In this document: positions 1 to 11,790 of the stretch, piece by piece
How positions within the stretch are numbered: position 1 is the stretch's first letter
How the letters are laid out: each line of letters begins with the position of its first letter
DNA from: Octopus sinensis
Lineage: Eukaryota
Reading direction: 5' to 3'
Assembly (NCBI RefSeq): GCF_006345805.1
Contig: NW_021833286.1
Location: 1-64,000, forward strand
Length of the DNA: 64,000 nucleotides
The notes under the pieces: model-generated
What the model was told of the DNA's origin: nothing
Databases searched by the model: none
Seen by the model: the letters and a program-made list of their open reading frames with translations, nothing else
Program-made: the position numbers and the translations under genes

Positions 1-1080
1 TAACTTATAACTGGGACGGCTAAAGTGCTGATACTTATTATCTTCTTTTTGCATTGAGCTCTGTTTTTAGTAATGATGTAACTCGTCTATAATATTCTTT
101 TTTATTTTCTCTTTCATTTGTGTGTGTTGTGTCTTATTTAGTCATAGATTCCTAAGTATTTGTAAGTTTTGCTTTGGTCTAATTCTTTTATTTCATTGGT
201 TTTATCTAGTGTGATGTTGCTACTCTTAACTAATTTTCCTCTTTTCATGGTTACTTTGGCGCATTTCTTTAATCCAAAATTCATATCTATTTCTTTGGTA
301 AATCCATGAATTGTATTTAATAGTGTTTCCAGTGTTTTCATTTGCAGCGTATAGATTTAGGTCATCATATATAAAAGGTTGGCTGATCGTTTTGCCGTAA
401 CATTTATATCCGCATCCAGTTCTATTTAGCAATCAGATAGAGGTGACAGTGCCAAGCAGAAAAGGAGTGGAGAGAGCGTGTCTCCTGGAATATTCCTCTT
501 CTAATGGGGATGGCTTTGGTTTTCATGAGTCCCTCTTTTGTTTGGAGCTGTAGCACTGTTTACCATTTATTCATAGAGTGTCCTATGAATTTTATAATTG
601 TTGGTGCTACTTTGTTAATGGCTAGTGTTTCGAGGATCCATGTATGGGGGATGCTATCAAACGCCTTTTTGTAATCGATCCAGGCCATACTGAGGCCTTT
701 CTTCTTTCTGTGGCTGTCTTCAGTTATGGCTTTATTAATCATTAGTTGATCTTTACAGCCATATGAGCCTTTGAGGCCTCCTTTCTGCTCTTCTGGAAAC
801 AGGTTGTTTTCGTCCAGGTGCTTGTTCAACCTTTGCGATATCACTGCAGTAAATGCCTTGTACATTGTAGGGAGACAGGTTATTGGTCTGTAGTTTTCTG
901 GTTTTGCTGTCTCATTCAATTTGGGAATTAAGATGGTTTTCCCCTTCGTAAGCCATTCAGGCATTGTCTCTGGCTCTGCTAGTATGTTGTTAAAGTTTTC
1001 AGCCAGCTTTTTGTGCATTCCTGTTAGATATTTCAACCAGAAGTTGGGGATCTTGTCATGCAAAGTTGCGTTTAACTTTC
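1..1080 (-). mobile_element. R4/Dong-clade non-LTR retrotransposon, disrupted reverse-transcriptase fragment (runs off the left edge)
   Basis: Minus-strand peptides NYRPITCLPTMYK, WIDYKKAFDSIPHTW, RGIFQ/GDTLSPLLFCLAL (frameshifted), YDDL, FGLKKCAK...TYKYLGI, then LKTELNAK...STLAVPVISY. This is the usual motif order for R4/Dong RTs. Confidence 0.85.
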
Positions 1081-1135
1081 ACCTACAGTGAAACCTTTAT
1101 ATATATTCATTCTCTCAGTTTATTTTCTCTTATTC

Positions 1136-1171
1136 CTTTTTGTTGAAGAGCGTAGGCTCGAAACATTAAAA
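1136..1171 (+). ncRNA. Degenerate hammerhead-like relic (Penelope-type terminus)
   Basis: TTGTTGA-A-GAGC-GTAG-GCTC-GAAAC-ATT. Perfect 4-bp helix II and GAAAC, but C3, A6 and G16.2 are altered. Same layout as 47429-47462. Confidence 0.35.
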
Positions 1172-1275
1172 AAAATTTTTCATTTTCCCGAGCATTAAAC
1201 TAATACCCCTCCTTGTTGTTCATACACATATCTTCGTCTTTTTTTTTGTATATAAATTTCGACTATATATATATA

Positions 1276-1917
1276 GTCGCTGGAGTGGCTGTGTGGTAAA
1301 TAGCCTGTTTACCAACCACATGGTTCCGGGTCCAGTCCCACTGCGTGGCACCTTGGGCAAGTGTCTTCTACTGTAGCCCCGGGCCGACCAAAGCCTCGTG
1401 AGTGGATTTGGTAGACGGAAACTGAAAGAAGCCCGTCGTGTATTTGTATTTATATATATGTGTGTCGTTATGTTTGTGTGTCTGTGTTTGTCCCATCCAA
1501 CATCGCTTGAGAACCGATGCTGGTGTGTTTATGTCCCCACCACTTAGCGGTTCGGCAATAGAGGCCGATAGAATAAGTACTGGGCTTACAAAGAATAAGT
1601 CCCGGGGTTTAGTTGCTCGATTAAAGGCGGTGCTCCAGCATGGCCGCAGTCAAATGACTGAAACAAGTAAAAGAGTAAAAGAGAGTATATATATATGTGT
1701 GTCGTTAGGTTTGTGTGTCTGTGTTGTCCCATCCAACATCGCTTGAGAACCGATGCTGTTTTGTTTATGTCCCCACCACTAGCGGTTCGGCAATAGAGGC
1801 CGATAGAATAAGTACTGGGCTTACAAAGAATAAGTCCCGGGTTTGTAGTTGCTCGATTAAGGCGGTGCTCCAGCATGGCCGCACAATGACTGAAACAAGT
1901 AAAAGAGTAAAAGAGAG

Positions 1918-1918
<1 letters not shown>
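1276..1918 (+). mobile_element. tRNA-head SINE followed by two tandem copies of a SINE 3' module
   Basis: Head has A-box-like TGGCTGTGTGG and B-box-like GGTCCAGTCCC. The ~205-bp module (..AGCGGTTCGGCAATAGAGGCCGATAG...AAACAAGTAAAAGAG) occurs at ~1480-1690 and ~1715-1918, with related copies at ~8135-8340, ~16100-16275 and ~51550-51750 (-). Confidence 0.75.
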
Positions 1919-1948
<30 letters not shown>

Positions 1949-2000
1949 ATACATACATACATACACACACACACATATATATATACACATACACATGCAC

Positions 2001-2650
2001 TCAGAGGATGGGTGTAAAGTAAGTAGACATTCAAAATTGGTAATAAATTCCATGTTACTTTTAAAAATCTGTTGAAACCAATGATTCATGTTCTTTATTA
2101 CATGTGAAAATGAAAGTAAATTTTCATAATTGAACATAAGCACCAGTGGCATCAGCCAGTTTCCTCAAAGGGCCAAGGATGGAATAACCTTCTGAAGGAC
2201 GTCATCTTGGATATCATTGGAAACCTGAATTTGTGTCTCCAAGTATTCCAGTGTGCGAGGTTTTGCGTTGGACACCACCTCTTTCGTGTAAACTCCACAG
2301 GTAAAAATCACAGGGAGTTGTGGACTTCTTGGAATACTGGACTTCTGGAATTCTGCAGTCATAGACTCAGGTTTTAGCTCCTGCACATAATGGGGTTTCC
2401 ACGGACGAAAGTTCAGTTCTTAACGCAACACCGTACGTATTGTGTGTCTTGTGAATCCACTTTCAGGAGCTGCTTTACCTGTTGAGTTTTGCAGGCTGCG
2501 AGCAAGCACTTCCTGCGCTCTTGCCACAATCCCCGCTGATCGGGATATGGTTGGACGGCCACTTCTTCATGCATCACTCACAGAGCACGTGATCATCAGC
2601 TTTGTATGACAACGTTTTTATAGTCACCGTGCATACTGTTGCATGCTTCC
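2001..2650 (-). mobile_element. Internally deleted Tc1/mariner-superfamily transposon remnant
   Basis: Minus strand reads GRPTISRS...TIRTVLR*ELNFRPWKPHYVQELKPE (HTH region) joined directly to PRSPQL...KEVVSNAKPRTLEYLE (C-terminal WPPRSPDL-type region). The DDD/E core is missing. Confidence 0.6.
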
Positions 2651-3556
2651 AAGCGCGCCACTATCTCTAAAGCAAAACAATGAAATTTCACATAGTGTGC
2701 AGTCAAGCGAAAATGAGAAGTAAAAAATAAGAAATCCTGATTCATGTTGTCTGTTTAAAAAATCTTTTCTACTCTAGGCACAGAGCCCGAAATTTTGGCG
2801 GGAGTGGGCCAGTCGATTAGATCGAGCCAATTACGCAATTGGTAATTAATTTATTGACCCCGAAAGGATAAAAGGCAAAGTTAACCTCGGCGGAATGTCT
2901 GTATAAAAATGTTTTTATCATGACTTCAGTGATACTAAAAACTCTATAAGCAATTTCTAATGCCTCCCATCTCGTATATATATATATATATATAGATATA
3001 TATATATATATATATATATGGCCATTGATAAAATTTTTTTTCGAGAAAATATTATTTTTCGAAAAGAATTTTATCCTCACATTTGAAATAAATTTAAGCG
3101 TTCACTTCCGAACTAACTATCTCACTCTGTGAGAGCCTCAGTTCAAATCGCACGTGCCTCGAATGGGCTGGAGTATTTCTATTTTGGATGTATTTGGGGT
3201 ACTTAGTTGTGCCCATGACTTAGTATTTGCTTCTTCCATGAGTATGAGTAAGTATCTCATTTATTTATTTTGCCTCAATGTATCAATGGAATTTTTTAGA
3301 AATTTCTGTCGACCTTTTTTCGAGTAACGTGCGTATTGTGAAAAAATGATATGGTTAATGGACAATATGTCCAATTTTTCGGCATATTTGGCATTAGAAT
3401 TTTTTTCCTTTGCCCTCATTTATGAATTGTTTATAAATTTAACCATAAAAGGTATTTTTTAATATGCTGGCCATTGATAAAAATTTTTTTCGAGAAAATA
3501 TTCTTTTTCGAAAAGAATTTTATCCTTACATTTGATATATATATATATATATATAT

Positions 3557-4078
3557 TATTGGTGAATTGAAGAAATGGAGCTGAACGCAGATTGAACAGA
3601 AATCGTTTTATTTCATTCTACACGTGTTTCGAAAGGCACAATTTACCAAAATCCGATTGAATAATGGGACCATATTGTGTCTTTCTCTTCAGGAAGAAAT
3701 AGGAAATCCGTTGGAAAAAACAAAAACAGAACAGAGGCGGAGCAAAAACAAATCGAACTAGGCTCCTAAGAGCCCATGGCGAAACTGTTTATCAGTGTAT
3801 GTTGAGAACCGGTGGCTGAAGAATTTAACGGGTCAGGCATCGGTCAATCATGTGGGTGAGGGTGTGTAGATGTTCTTTGTGACCGAGAATAAAGTTCTGA
3901 CTATTTAAGGAATATTGGATGTTTTATAAGGGGCGAGAAAAAATCTACTTAGAGACGTGTGTGTGTATACTGTTCTATATATGTGTGTGCTGGCGTAGGG
4001 GTAGAAAACATTGCTACCAAGGTATCGGTTAAACTTTTGATTAATCTACTACAAGATTATTCATCTTTCTATTTCACA
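3557..4078 (-). mobile_element. Short non-autonomous Penelope-like element with a hammerhead, between (TA)n tracts
   Basis: Both ends are homologous to 18383-18872. It contains the hammerhead at 3609-3701 and is flanked by (TA)n at 3537-3556 and 4081-4098. Confidence 0.6.
3609..3701 (-). ncRNA. Type I hammerhead ribozyme, intact core
   Basis: Minus strand: TATTTCTTC-CTGAAGA-GAAAGACACAAT-(31 nt)-ATTGTGCCTTTC-GAAA-CACGTG-TA/GAATGAAATA. Helix I is 9 bp with one bulge, helix II is 12 bp with one mismatch and G10.1-C11.1, helix III is the palindrome ACACGTGT, and the triplet is GUA (cut between 3619 and 3618). Confidence 0.85.
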
Positions 4079-4228
4079 TAATATATATATATATATATAC
4101 GATGAAGACGATGTATGAGCGTTCAGCTATTGCCGAACGCTCTGCACAAATGATTTGTTTATTGTGATCAAATGTCTGTGCTGCACATTAGCTCACTTTC
4201 TCCATCAACATGACGTTGTGTGATGCGC

Positions 4229-4263
<35 letters not shown>

Positions 4264-4669
4264 TATATGCGTGCATCTGTGTGTGTTTGAGTGTATGTAT
4301 GTGTGGATGTATGTGTCCGTGTTTGTGCATATGTGTGTGTGTGTGCACGTATGTAACTGCAAACTGTTTGTGCAAGAATTGTTTGGAAAATTTATTCTGC
4401 AAATAATAAAATACCATTATTTCACACGGGTCCTGTACTAGAAATATATTCAGGTTTAAGTCTTTCACTGTGTCTGAGTTTATGTGAGTATCTGTGTGTG
4501 CGTGTGCGTATCTGTATATTACATATTTACATTAGCCATGAAACTCGGCCAATAATGCACAAGGGTCTGTATCTCCTTTTATATATAAAACAGTAATTAT
4601 TCGTTAAAAAATATAATCACAATTTAGTAGTTATGCTTAATTTTTTCTCTTAAATGGTATATAAAATAT

Positions 4670-5090
4670 ATCTATTTCTTTACTACCCACAGGGGGCTAA
4701 ACACAGAGAGGACAAACAAGGACAGACAAAATGATTAAGTCAATTATATCGACCCAGTGCGTAACTGGTACTTATTTAATCGACCCCGAAAGGATGAAAG
4801 GCAAAGTCGACCTCGGCCGAATTTGAACTCAGAACGTAGCGGCAGATGAAATACCTATTTCTTTATTAACCACAAGGGGTTAAACATAGAGGGGACAAAC
4901 AAGGACAGACAAACGGATTAAGTCGATTACATCGACCCCAGTGCGTAAATGGTACTTAATTTATGGATCCCAAAAGGATGAAAGGTAAAGTCGACCTCGG
5001 CGGAATTTGAACTCACAACGTAACGACAGACGAAATACGGCTACGCATTTCGCCCGGCGTGCTAACGTTTATGCCAGTTCGCCGCTTTTG
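4670..5090 (-). mobile_element. Two adjacent copies of a tRNA-head SINE family (AAGGCGGCGAGCTGGCAGAA...GAGTTCAAATTCCGCCGAGG type)
   Basis: B-box GAGTTCAAATTCC and conserved central GCCTTTCATCCTTTCGGGGTCGAT. Further copies at ~2790-2900, ~6560-6970, ~12645-12860, ~35810-35975, ~57310-57510 and ~57540-57735 (all -), and ~61860-61990 (+). Confidence 0.75.
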
Positions 5091-6040
5091 GTATATAAAA
5101 TATACCGTTGTTTGAGATTTTGATTTCTGTATGATAATAACCCGTGCTTGCGCATGTCTATCCGTATGCATGCGCAATGTGTGTGTGTAAACGCGCTAAC
5201 AATGATAATCAATTTCTTTTGACATTTCCGTGCAATCATGTGGTTTTTGTGTAAACGAGTCGTTAAAGCAACTAAATCAAATCTATGTTCTGTGTCTCTC
5301 TCTATCGGTAAATTACTCTGAATAGGCGTGAAGAGTGTTTTTAAATAGGAAGCCTCTGCAACGCTCTTGTGATATTTAAAACGTTAAATAGATTTCGATT
5401 GTGAGGCAAAAAAAGAGAACGAAATTAACAAGAAGGGGTTTTTATCATTTAACGATAAAAATGGTGTAATACTGTTTTCTGAAGATGTATGTTCGTGAAA
5501 ACAGACAAGAAATTAGTTTGCTACATTTGTTTAATATTGTAGTTTTGCATATTTCAAAATTTAGAATTTCTCAAGAATACATAAACAATAGGTGCGGGCG
5601 TGGTTGTGATAAATTCAGTACCAGTTACACACTGGGGTCGATCTACTCGACTTAATCCCTTTGTCTGTCCTTGTTTGTCCCCTCTTTGTTTAGCCGCTTT
5701 TGGGCAATAAAGAAATAAAAATAAGAAGCTTGCTTCCCAACCAAATGATTCCGGTTTCAGTCCCCATTGTGTGGCAACTTTGGCAAGTATCGCCCAGGGC
5801 CGACCAAAGCATTGTGAGTGGATTGGGTTGATGTACATATATACAATAAATACAGACAGCAGCATGCAAAGTTGTTCCAAAAAAGAAAACTATAATTGTC
5901 ATTAGATATGACTAAGGGTGTAAGAAACACCCACGTTACTAGAGATATGAGCTAAAATGCTCTAATGCTGCAGTCGAAGCATATCATTGCATACATATTA
6001 AGAAGGACTGTGATCATCCGGAAGCAGCGGTCAAGATATT

Positions 6041-6090
6041 CCCATTCTGATCGGTGGGTTTCGGCATTTTGCCCTAGCCTCTTCAGTGGG
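6041..6090 (-). ncRNA. Type I hammerhead with a mutated cleavage triplet, inside a 146-nt hairpin (6003-6148); duplicate in 7880-8023
   Basis: Minus strand: CCCA-CTGAAGA-GGC-(11 nt)-GCC-GAAAC-CCACCGATCA-GAA/TGGG. Core and helices I and II are intact; U16.1 reads A. Confidence 0.6.
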
Positions 6091-6179
6091 GTCGACTCGA
6101 CTCAGTATGGGATAACTCGAGCGCTGCTTCCGGGTGATTACGGTCCTTGTCAGCATGAATGTGTATATATTTAATATAC

Positions 6180-6210
<31 letters not shown>

Positions 6211-8054
6211 TATGTATATGATGTGTGTGTGTGTGCACGTATGTAACTGCAAATGTTTTGTGCAAGAATTGTTTGGAAAATTTATTCTGCAAATAATAAA
6301 ATACCATTATTTCACACGGGTCCTGTACTAGAAATATATTCAGTTTAAGTCTTTCACTGTGTCTGAGTTTATGTGAGTATCTGTGTGTGCGTGTGCGTAT
6401 CTGTATATTACATATTTACATTAGCCATGAAACTCGGCCAATATGCACAAGGGTCTGTATCTCCTTTTATATATAAAACAGTAATTATTCGTTAAAAAAT
6501 ATAATCACAATTTAGTAGTTATGCTTAATTTTTTCTCTTAAAGGTATATAAAAATATCTATTTCTTTACTACCAACGGGGGCTAACACAGAGAGGACAAA
6601 CAAGGACAGACAAAATGATTAAGTCAATTATATCGACCCAGTGCGTAAATAGGTACTTTTTAATCGACCCCGAAAGGATGAAGGCAAAGTCGACCTCGGC
6701 CGAATTTGAACTCAGAACGTAGCGGCAGATGAAATACCTATTTCTTTATTAACCACAAGGGGTTAAACATAGAGGGGACAAACAAGGACAGACAAACGGA
6801 TTAAGTCGATTACATCGACCCAGTGCGTAAATGGTACTTAATTTATGGATCCCAAAAGGATGAAAGGTAAAGTCGACCTCGGCGGATTTGAACTCACAAC
6901 GTAACGACAGACGAAATACGGCTACGCATTTCGCCCGGCGTGCTAACGTTTATGCCAGTTCGCCGCTTTTGGTATTATAATATACCGTTGTTGAGATTTT
7001 GATTTCTGTATGATAATAACCCGTGCTTGCGCATTTCTATCCGTATGCATGCGCAATGTGTGTGTGTAAACGCGCTAACAATGATAATCAATTTCTTTTG
7101 ACATTCCGTGCAATCATGTGGTTTTTGTGTAAACGAGTCGTTAAAGCAACTAAATCAAATCTATGTTTCTGGTCTCTCTCTATCGGTAAATTACTCTGAA
7201 TAGGCGTGAAGAGTGTTTTTAAATAGGAAGCCTCTGCAACGCTCTTGTGATATTTAAAACGTTAAATAGATTTCGATTGTGAGGCAAAAAAAGAGAACGA
7301 AATTAACAAGAAGGGGTTTTTATCATTTAACGATAAAAATTGTGTAATACTGTTTTCTGAAGATGTATGTATGTTCGTGAAAACAGACAAGAAATTAGTT
7401 TGCTACATTTGTTTAATATTGTAGTTTTGCATATTTCAAAATTTAGAATTTCTCAAGAATACATAAACAATAGGTGCGGGCGTTGGTGTGATAAATTCAG
7501 TACCAGTTACACACTGGGGTCTCTACTCGACTTAATCCTTTGTCTGTCCTGTTTGTCCCCTCTTTGTTTAGCCGCTTTTGGGCAATAAAGAAATAAAAAA
7601 ATAAGAAGCTTGCTCCAACCAAATGATTCCGGTTTCAGTCCCCATTGTGTGGCAACTTTGGCAAGTATCGCCCAGGGCCGACCAAAGCATTGTGAGTGGA
7701 TTGGGTTGATGTACATATATACAATAAATACAGACAGCAGCATGCAAAGTTGTTCCAAAAAAGAAAACTATAATTGTCATTAGATATGACTAAGGGTGTA
7801 AGAAACACCCACGTACTAGAGATATGAGCTAAAATGCTCTAATGCTGCAGTCGAAGCATATCATTGCATACATATTAAGAAGGACTGTGATCATCCGGAA
7901 GCAGCGGTCAAGATTTCCCATTTGATCGGTGGGTTTCGGCATTTTGCCCTAGCCTCTTCAGTGGGGTCGACTCGACTCAGTATGGGATAACTCGAGCGCT
8001 GCTTCCGGGTGATTACGGTCCTTGTCAGCATGAATGTGTATATATTTAATATAC

Positions 8055-8085
<31 letters not shown>

Positions 8086-8095
8086 TATGTATATG

Positions 8096-8127
<32 letters not shown>

Positions 8128-8609
8128 TTTAACCCCCTGTCTCTGCTTGACAAGCAGTGTTGGTGTCTTTACACCACTATAATGTAGTAGTTCGACAAAA
8201 ATGAAACGTAGAGTAAGTATGATGCTTAAAAAGAAAAAAAGACATATAAGTCTTGGGGTCGATTCGTTTGACTAGAATTCTTCAAGGCAGTGCCCCAGCA
8301 TGGTCGCAGTCTAATGATTGCAACAAGTAAAAGACAAGATAATATTGCACATAATACTGTATAGCAGTATTATGGCGGTGCCCCAGCCTGGCCACAGCTC
8401 GTCAGCTGAAACTAGATGAAATAAAAAAATAAAATAAAATAGCAATCGATATCTTATGCGTCTATCTATTTATGAATACATCTCAATGGATCAATGTTGT
8501 CTGTGTGCTTTTATGAATGTAGGGATGCATAGGCAGTTCAAATGATTTAATAATAATATTTCTAAACTTGTTCCCCACCGCCACATATACATGTCCTATC
8601 TATCTATCC

Positions 8610-8689
<80 letters not shown>

Positions 8690-9039
8690 CTGTACACACA
8701 CGCGCACGCGCATATATATGTAACGTCTATAAATTGAACAGATAAGAGAAGCATTGTGAGAAAGTAGATGTTTATCACACACGTTTACAGCTGCTTAATA
8801 ATCGAGTTAGTTATATAAGAGATGTTACTTACATCAATATAACCACACATTTACAATATACATATACACACATATATTAATAAAAATACGCGTCTTTATA
8901 GCCATATGTAGAATGGTTCTGATATAGGAACCAACAAACTGTTCTTCAGAACGATATAGGGTGATTAATAGCATAAACTCTAGTACAGAGAGTAAACTGA
9001 CCCTATCTATCTATGTCTATCTATGTCTATCTATCTATG

Positions 9040-9145
<106 letters not shown>

Positions 9146-9369
9146 AACACACACACACACGTATATATATATATACATATACGTACAGTGAATTAAAAAA
9201 TAAAAGAACACGTAAAGAAAAAATGCCAAATAATAAGAAAAATATAAAAGTAAGTAATAAAATAATTTTGTCAAGTAAGATATGCATAGTAAGAGCTAAT
9301 ATTGAAAGGGTGACAGGTTTACCAGTCTAGTATTAATTAAGGTGATTGATACAACTTTGATAAACTTAG

Positions 9370-10770
9370 ATGTGTTTCGATCAAAGACTGGTCCGGGCCA
9401 TGTCCAACTTAATAGAACCAACTGATAGGATTATCTAAATCCTTTTTAAGTCAAATTTTGCGGTATCATGGTCCATTCGAGTAGTGAGTTCTTGTTGAGT
9501 GAATTGTATCCAGGTATGGGTGGATCGTCTGGTATTCGTTGAAGAAATTTGTCCAGATTCCGTTTACGGATAATGGGGTCCTTTTCCTATTTGATCTGTT
9601 TCGGGACAATGTGAAATAGGGCAGGGCCTGTTGAGGAAAAGAAATTGTGTAGCAGTGTATTTATGTGTCGTGATCCTGAATTGGGTAGGGAACGTATGGC
9701 CTGTGGTCTCACCCTTGATGAATTTTGAAGCTAATGTTGAGGTCGTTTGCGCAATGCCGGTGGTATGTTTTCCACATCGTGCAAATGATGTACCACTCAC
9801 GGCGGCACTGGAGAGAATAGAGTTTCAATGCTTTAAGGCGGTCCCAGTTATCGAGATCAGTCATGCCCTTAATTCGTTTAGTGAATGACCCATGCCCTTA
9901 ATTATTTTAGTGAATGACCTCTGGTGTGATTCAATTTTCGAGATGTTTTGTTTTGTATGGGGAGACCACAGGCGGCAGCAGTATTCGATGTGTGGCCGTA
10001 CGAAGGCGGAGAATTATGACACCTTGTTCTCTGGACCGTTCGGTTCTTAGCATCCAGGAGCTCATCCTACGCGCTATATCGACCTTAATGTTGATTTGGG
10101 CACTCCAACTGAGATTGTTATCAGCAATTAGTCGTAGGTCTCTGATATTGTTAGATGCTGTGCTAGGTTCCCCTGAAGGAAGAGAGTATGGCTGTTTCAG
10201 CACAGTCTTCCAAAATGTATCAGCTCAAATTTTCCCTCGTTTAGTTGCATTTTGTTTTTGTCTGCCCATTGACTCACAGAATGTAGATCAGACGGGAGTT
10301 GAGTTTGGTTTTCTTCTTCATTGATAATTTTCTGGAGCTTAGAATCATGAGCAATTATTTTCACTATGCTGTGTTTTATTACGCTGGAAACAGAAACTAT
10401 AAACAGAAGCAGATTCAAGACAGTCCCCTGAAGTACACCACTGGTGACTTTTTCTGGGTTTGAGTGGATTCCATCGACCATAACATGTATTCTGTTCACC
10501 AGGAAACACTCAATTCAGTGTAGAAGTTTTCCATGGATTCCAAAATTTGTCCATTTTGACAGTAGGACATTATGGTCAACTCTGTTGAACGCTTTACTGA
10601 AGTCATGATATATGACATCAGAGTTCGTACCTGACTCCCAAGGCTTTAAGTTTATCATAGATGTGGTGTAAGACCTGTATTTGATAGTCCCTGCCGCAGC
10701 AAAAGCTATGCTGGTTTAAAATTAGTAGTTTGTGGCTGTCCAGGAAGCCAGCTTTAGAATGCATAGTATA
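9370..10770 (-). mobile_element. CR1/L2-group LINE remnant (RT and C-terminus), heavily disrupted
   Basis: DVIYHDFSKAFNRVDH, SGVLQGTVLNLLLF, IIAHD (degenerate FADD), LSWSAQI...RMSSWMLRT, VVSPYK, RERYIICTMWK, KRNLDKFLQRIPDDP. Confidence 0.85.
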
Positions 10771-11311
10771 TGATAGAATGCATATGTAAGCGAATAAACA
10801 AATAGATAAATAAATAAATAAATAAATTATGAAAAGGCTTGTGTTCAGTATAATGAGAGCGATATAGAGAGTGAACAAAATATGGTTTCAATGAAAGATC
10901 AGAATGAAAAAGGTGTATAAGTTGCTGGAATTTCACTCCCACCTGGTTTTAAGGGATACCAGCGTGTTTTCAACGACATTCATGTAATATCAACTACACA
11001 CATGTTATGAATAATCACAAATACATCAGCTTCATACGTTCATATGTGTGTATTAGCAAATAACGTCCTCGTTTTTACACACATGCACAGATACACAATT
11101 GCACACACACATACACACATACACATACGCAGGTACCCCCACTTCATGCATGTATGCAAATACACAAATACACGTAATATTGTACAAAACACTAATGGTA
11201 TAAATCGTGAAAAATTAATAATTAGTTAATTAACCAAAAGGGATTTTAATCATACCAGTTGACACGAATCCTCTAACTTATGACACACAAGAAATATGTA
11301 ATATATATATA

Positions 11312-11409
<98 letters not shown>

Positions 11410-11429
11410 TATATAATATATAATTATTA

Positions 11430-11790
11430 ATAAGGGTGAGAAGAATTAGATACTATTTAATAGTATATCTATTCAACACCAAGTGGCCTAGTGCTCCGAG
11501 AAACCTGGATTATTATAATATTTTATAATATATTATAATATTTTTTACAAAATAAATATAAGAGAGTGGTCACTATATGGCTCACTCTAGCACCAGTTAA
11601 TCCAAAAGGTTTCAACCACAAAAATACATGTTTCCCATGAAAGTCAGTACGATTGTTAGCTCACACGGACAGGGCAAATAAAAAATAACAAAAGTACAGA
11701 TTATTTTGGGACAATTGTTTCGCTATTAATGAATTAAATGTAATTTTACTTACAAAAAAATCCACTTGTAGCTCGTCAGCCAATATGTAT
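11430..11790 (-). mobile_element. Penelope-like 3'-terminal element carrying a hammerhead; 3' end abuts (TA)n
   Basis: Contains the hammerhead at 11703-11786. The minus strand ends ...TCACCCTTA next to the (TA)n tract at 11300-11430, resembling the ends at 3557 and 18872. Confidence 0.55.
11703..11786 (-). ncRNA. Type I hammerhead ribozyme, fully canonical core
   Basis: Minus strand: ATATTGG-CTGACGA-GCTA-(43 nt)-TAGC-GAAA-CAATTG-TC/CCAAAAT. G10.1-C11.1, helix III palindrome ACAATTGT, GUC triplet (cut between 11710 and 11709), helix I 4 bp plus a mismatch plus 2 bp. Confidence 0.85.

Larger units (their letters stand above)
4331..8110 (+). repeat. Direct tandem duplication, unit ~1.88 kb (about 4331-6220 and 6221-8110)
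   Basis: Near-identical sequence at an offset of about 1890. Junctions lie in (TG)n. Differences are mostly 1-nt indels. Confidence 0.95.

Noticed and set aside
3765-3810. Plus-strand CTAAGA-GCC-CAT-GGC-GAAAC-TG...CAGT motif
   Set aside because: G5 is missing, position 17 is G and there is no helix I; at best a dead relic.
5478-5510. CTGAAGA...GAAAAC (duplicated near 7357)
   Set aside because: No helix II closure and no NUH with helix III.
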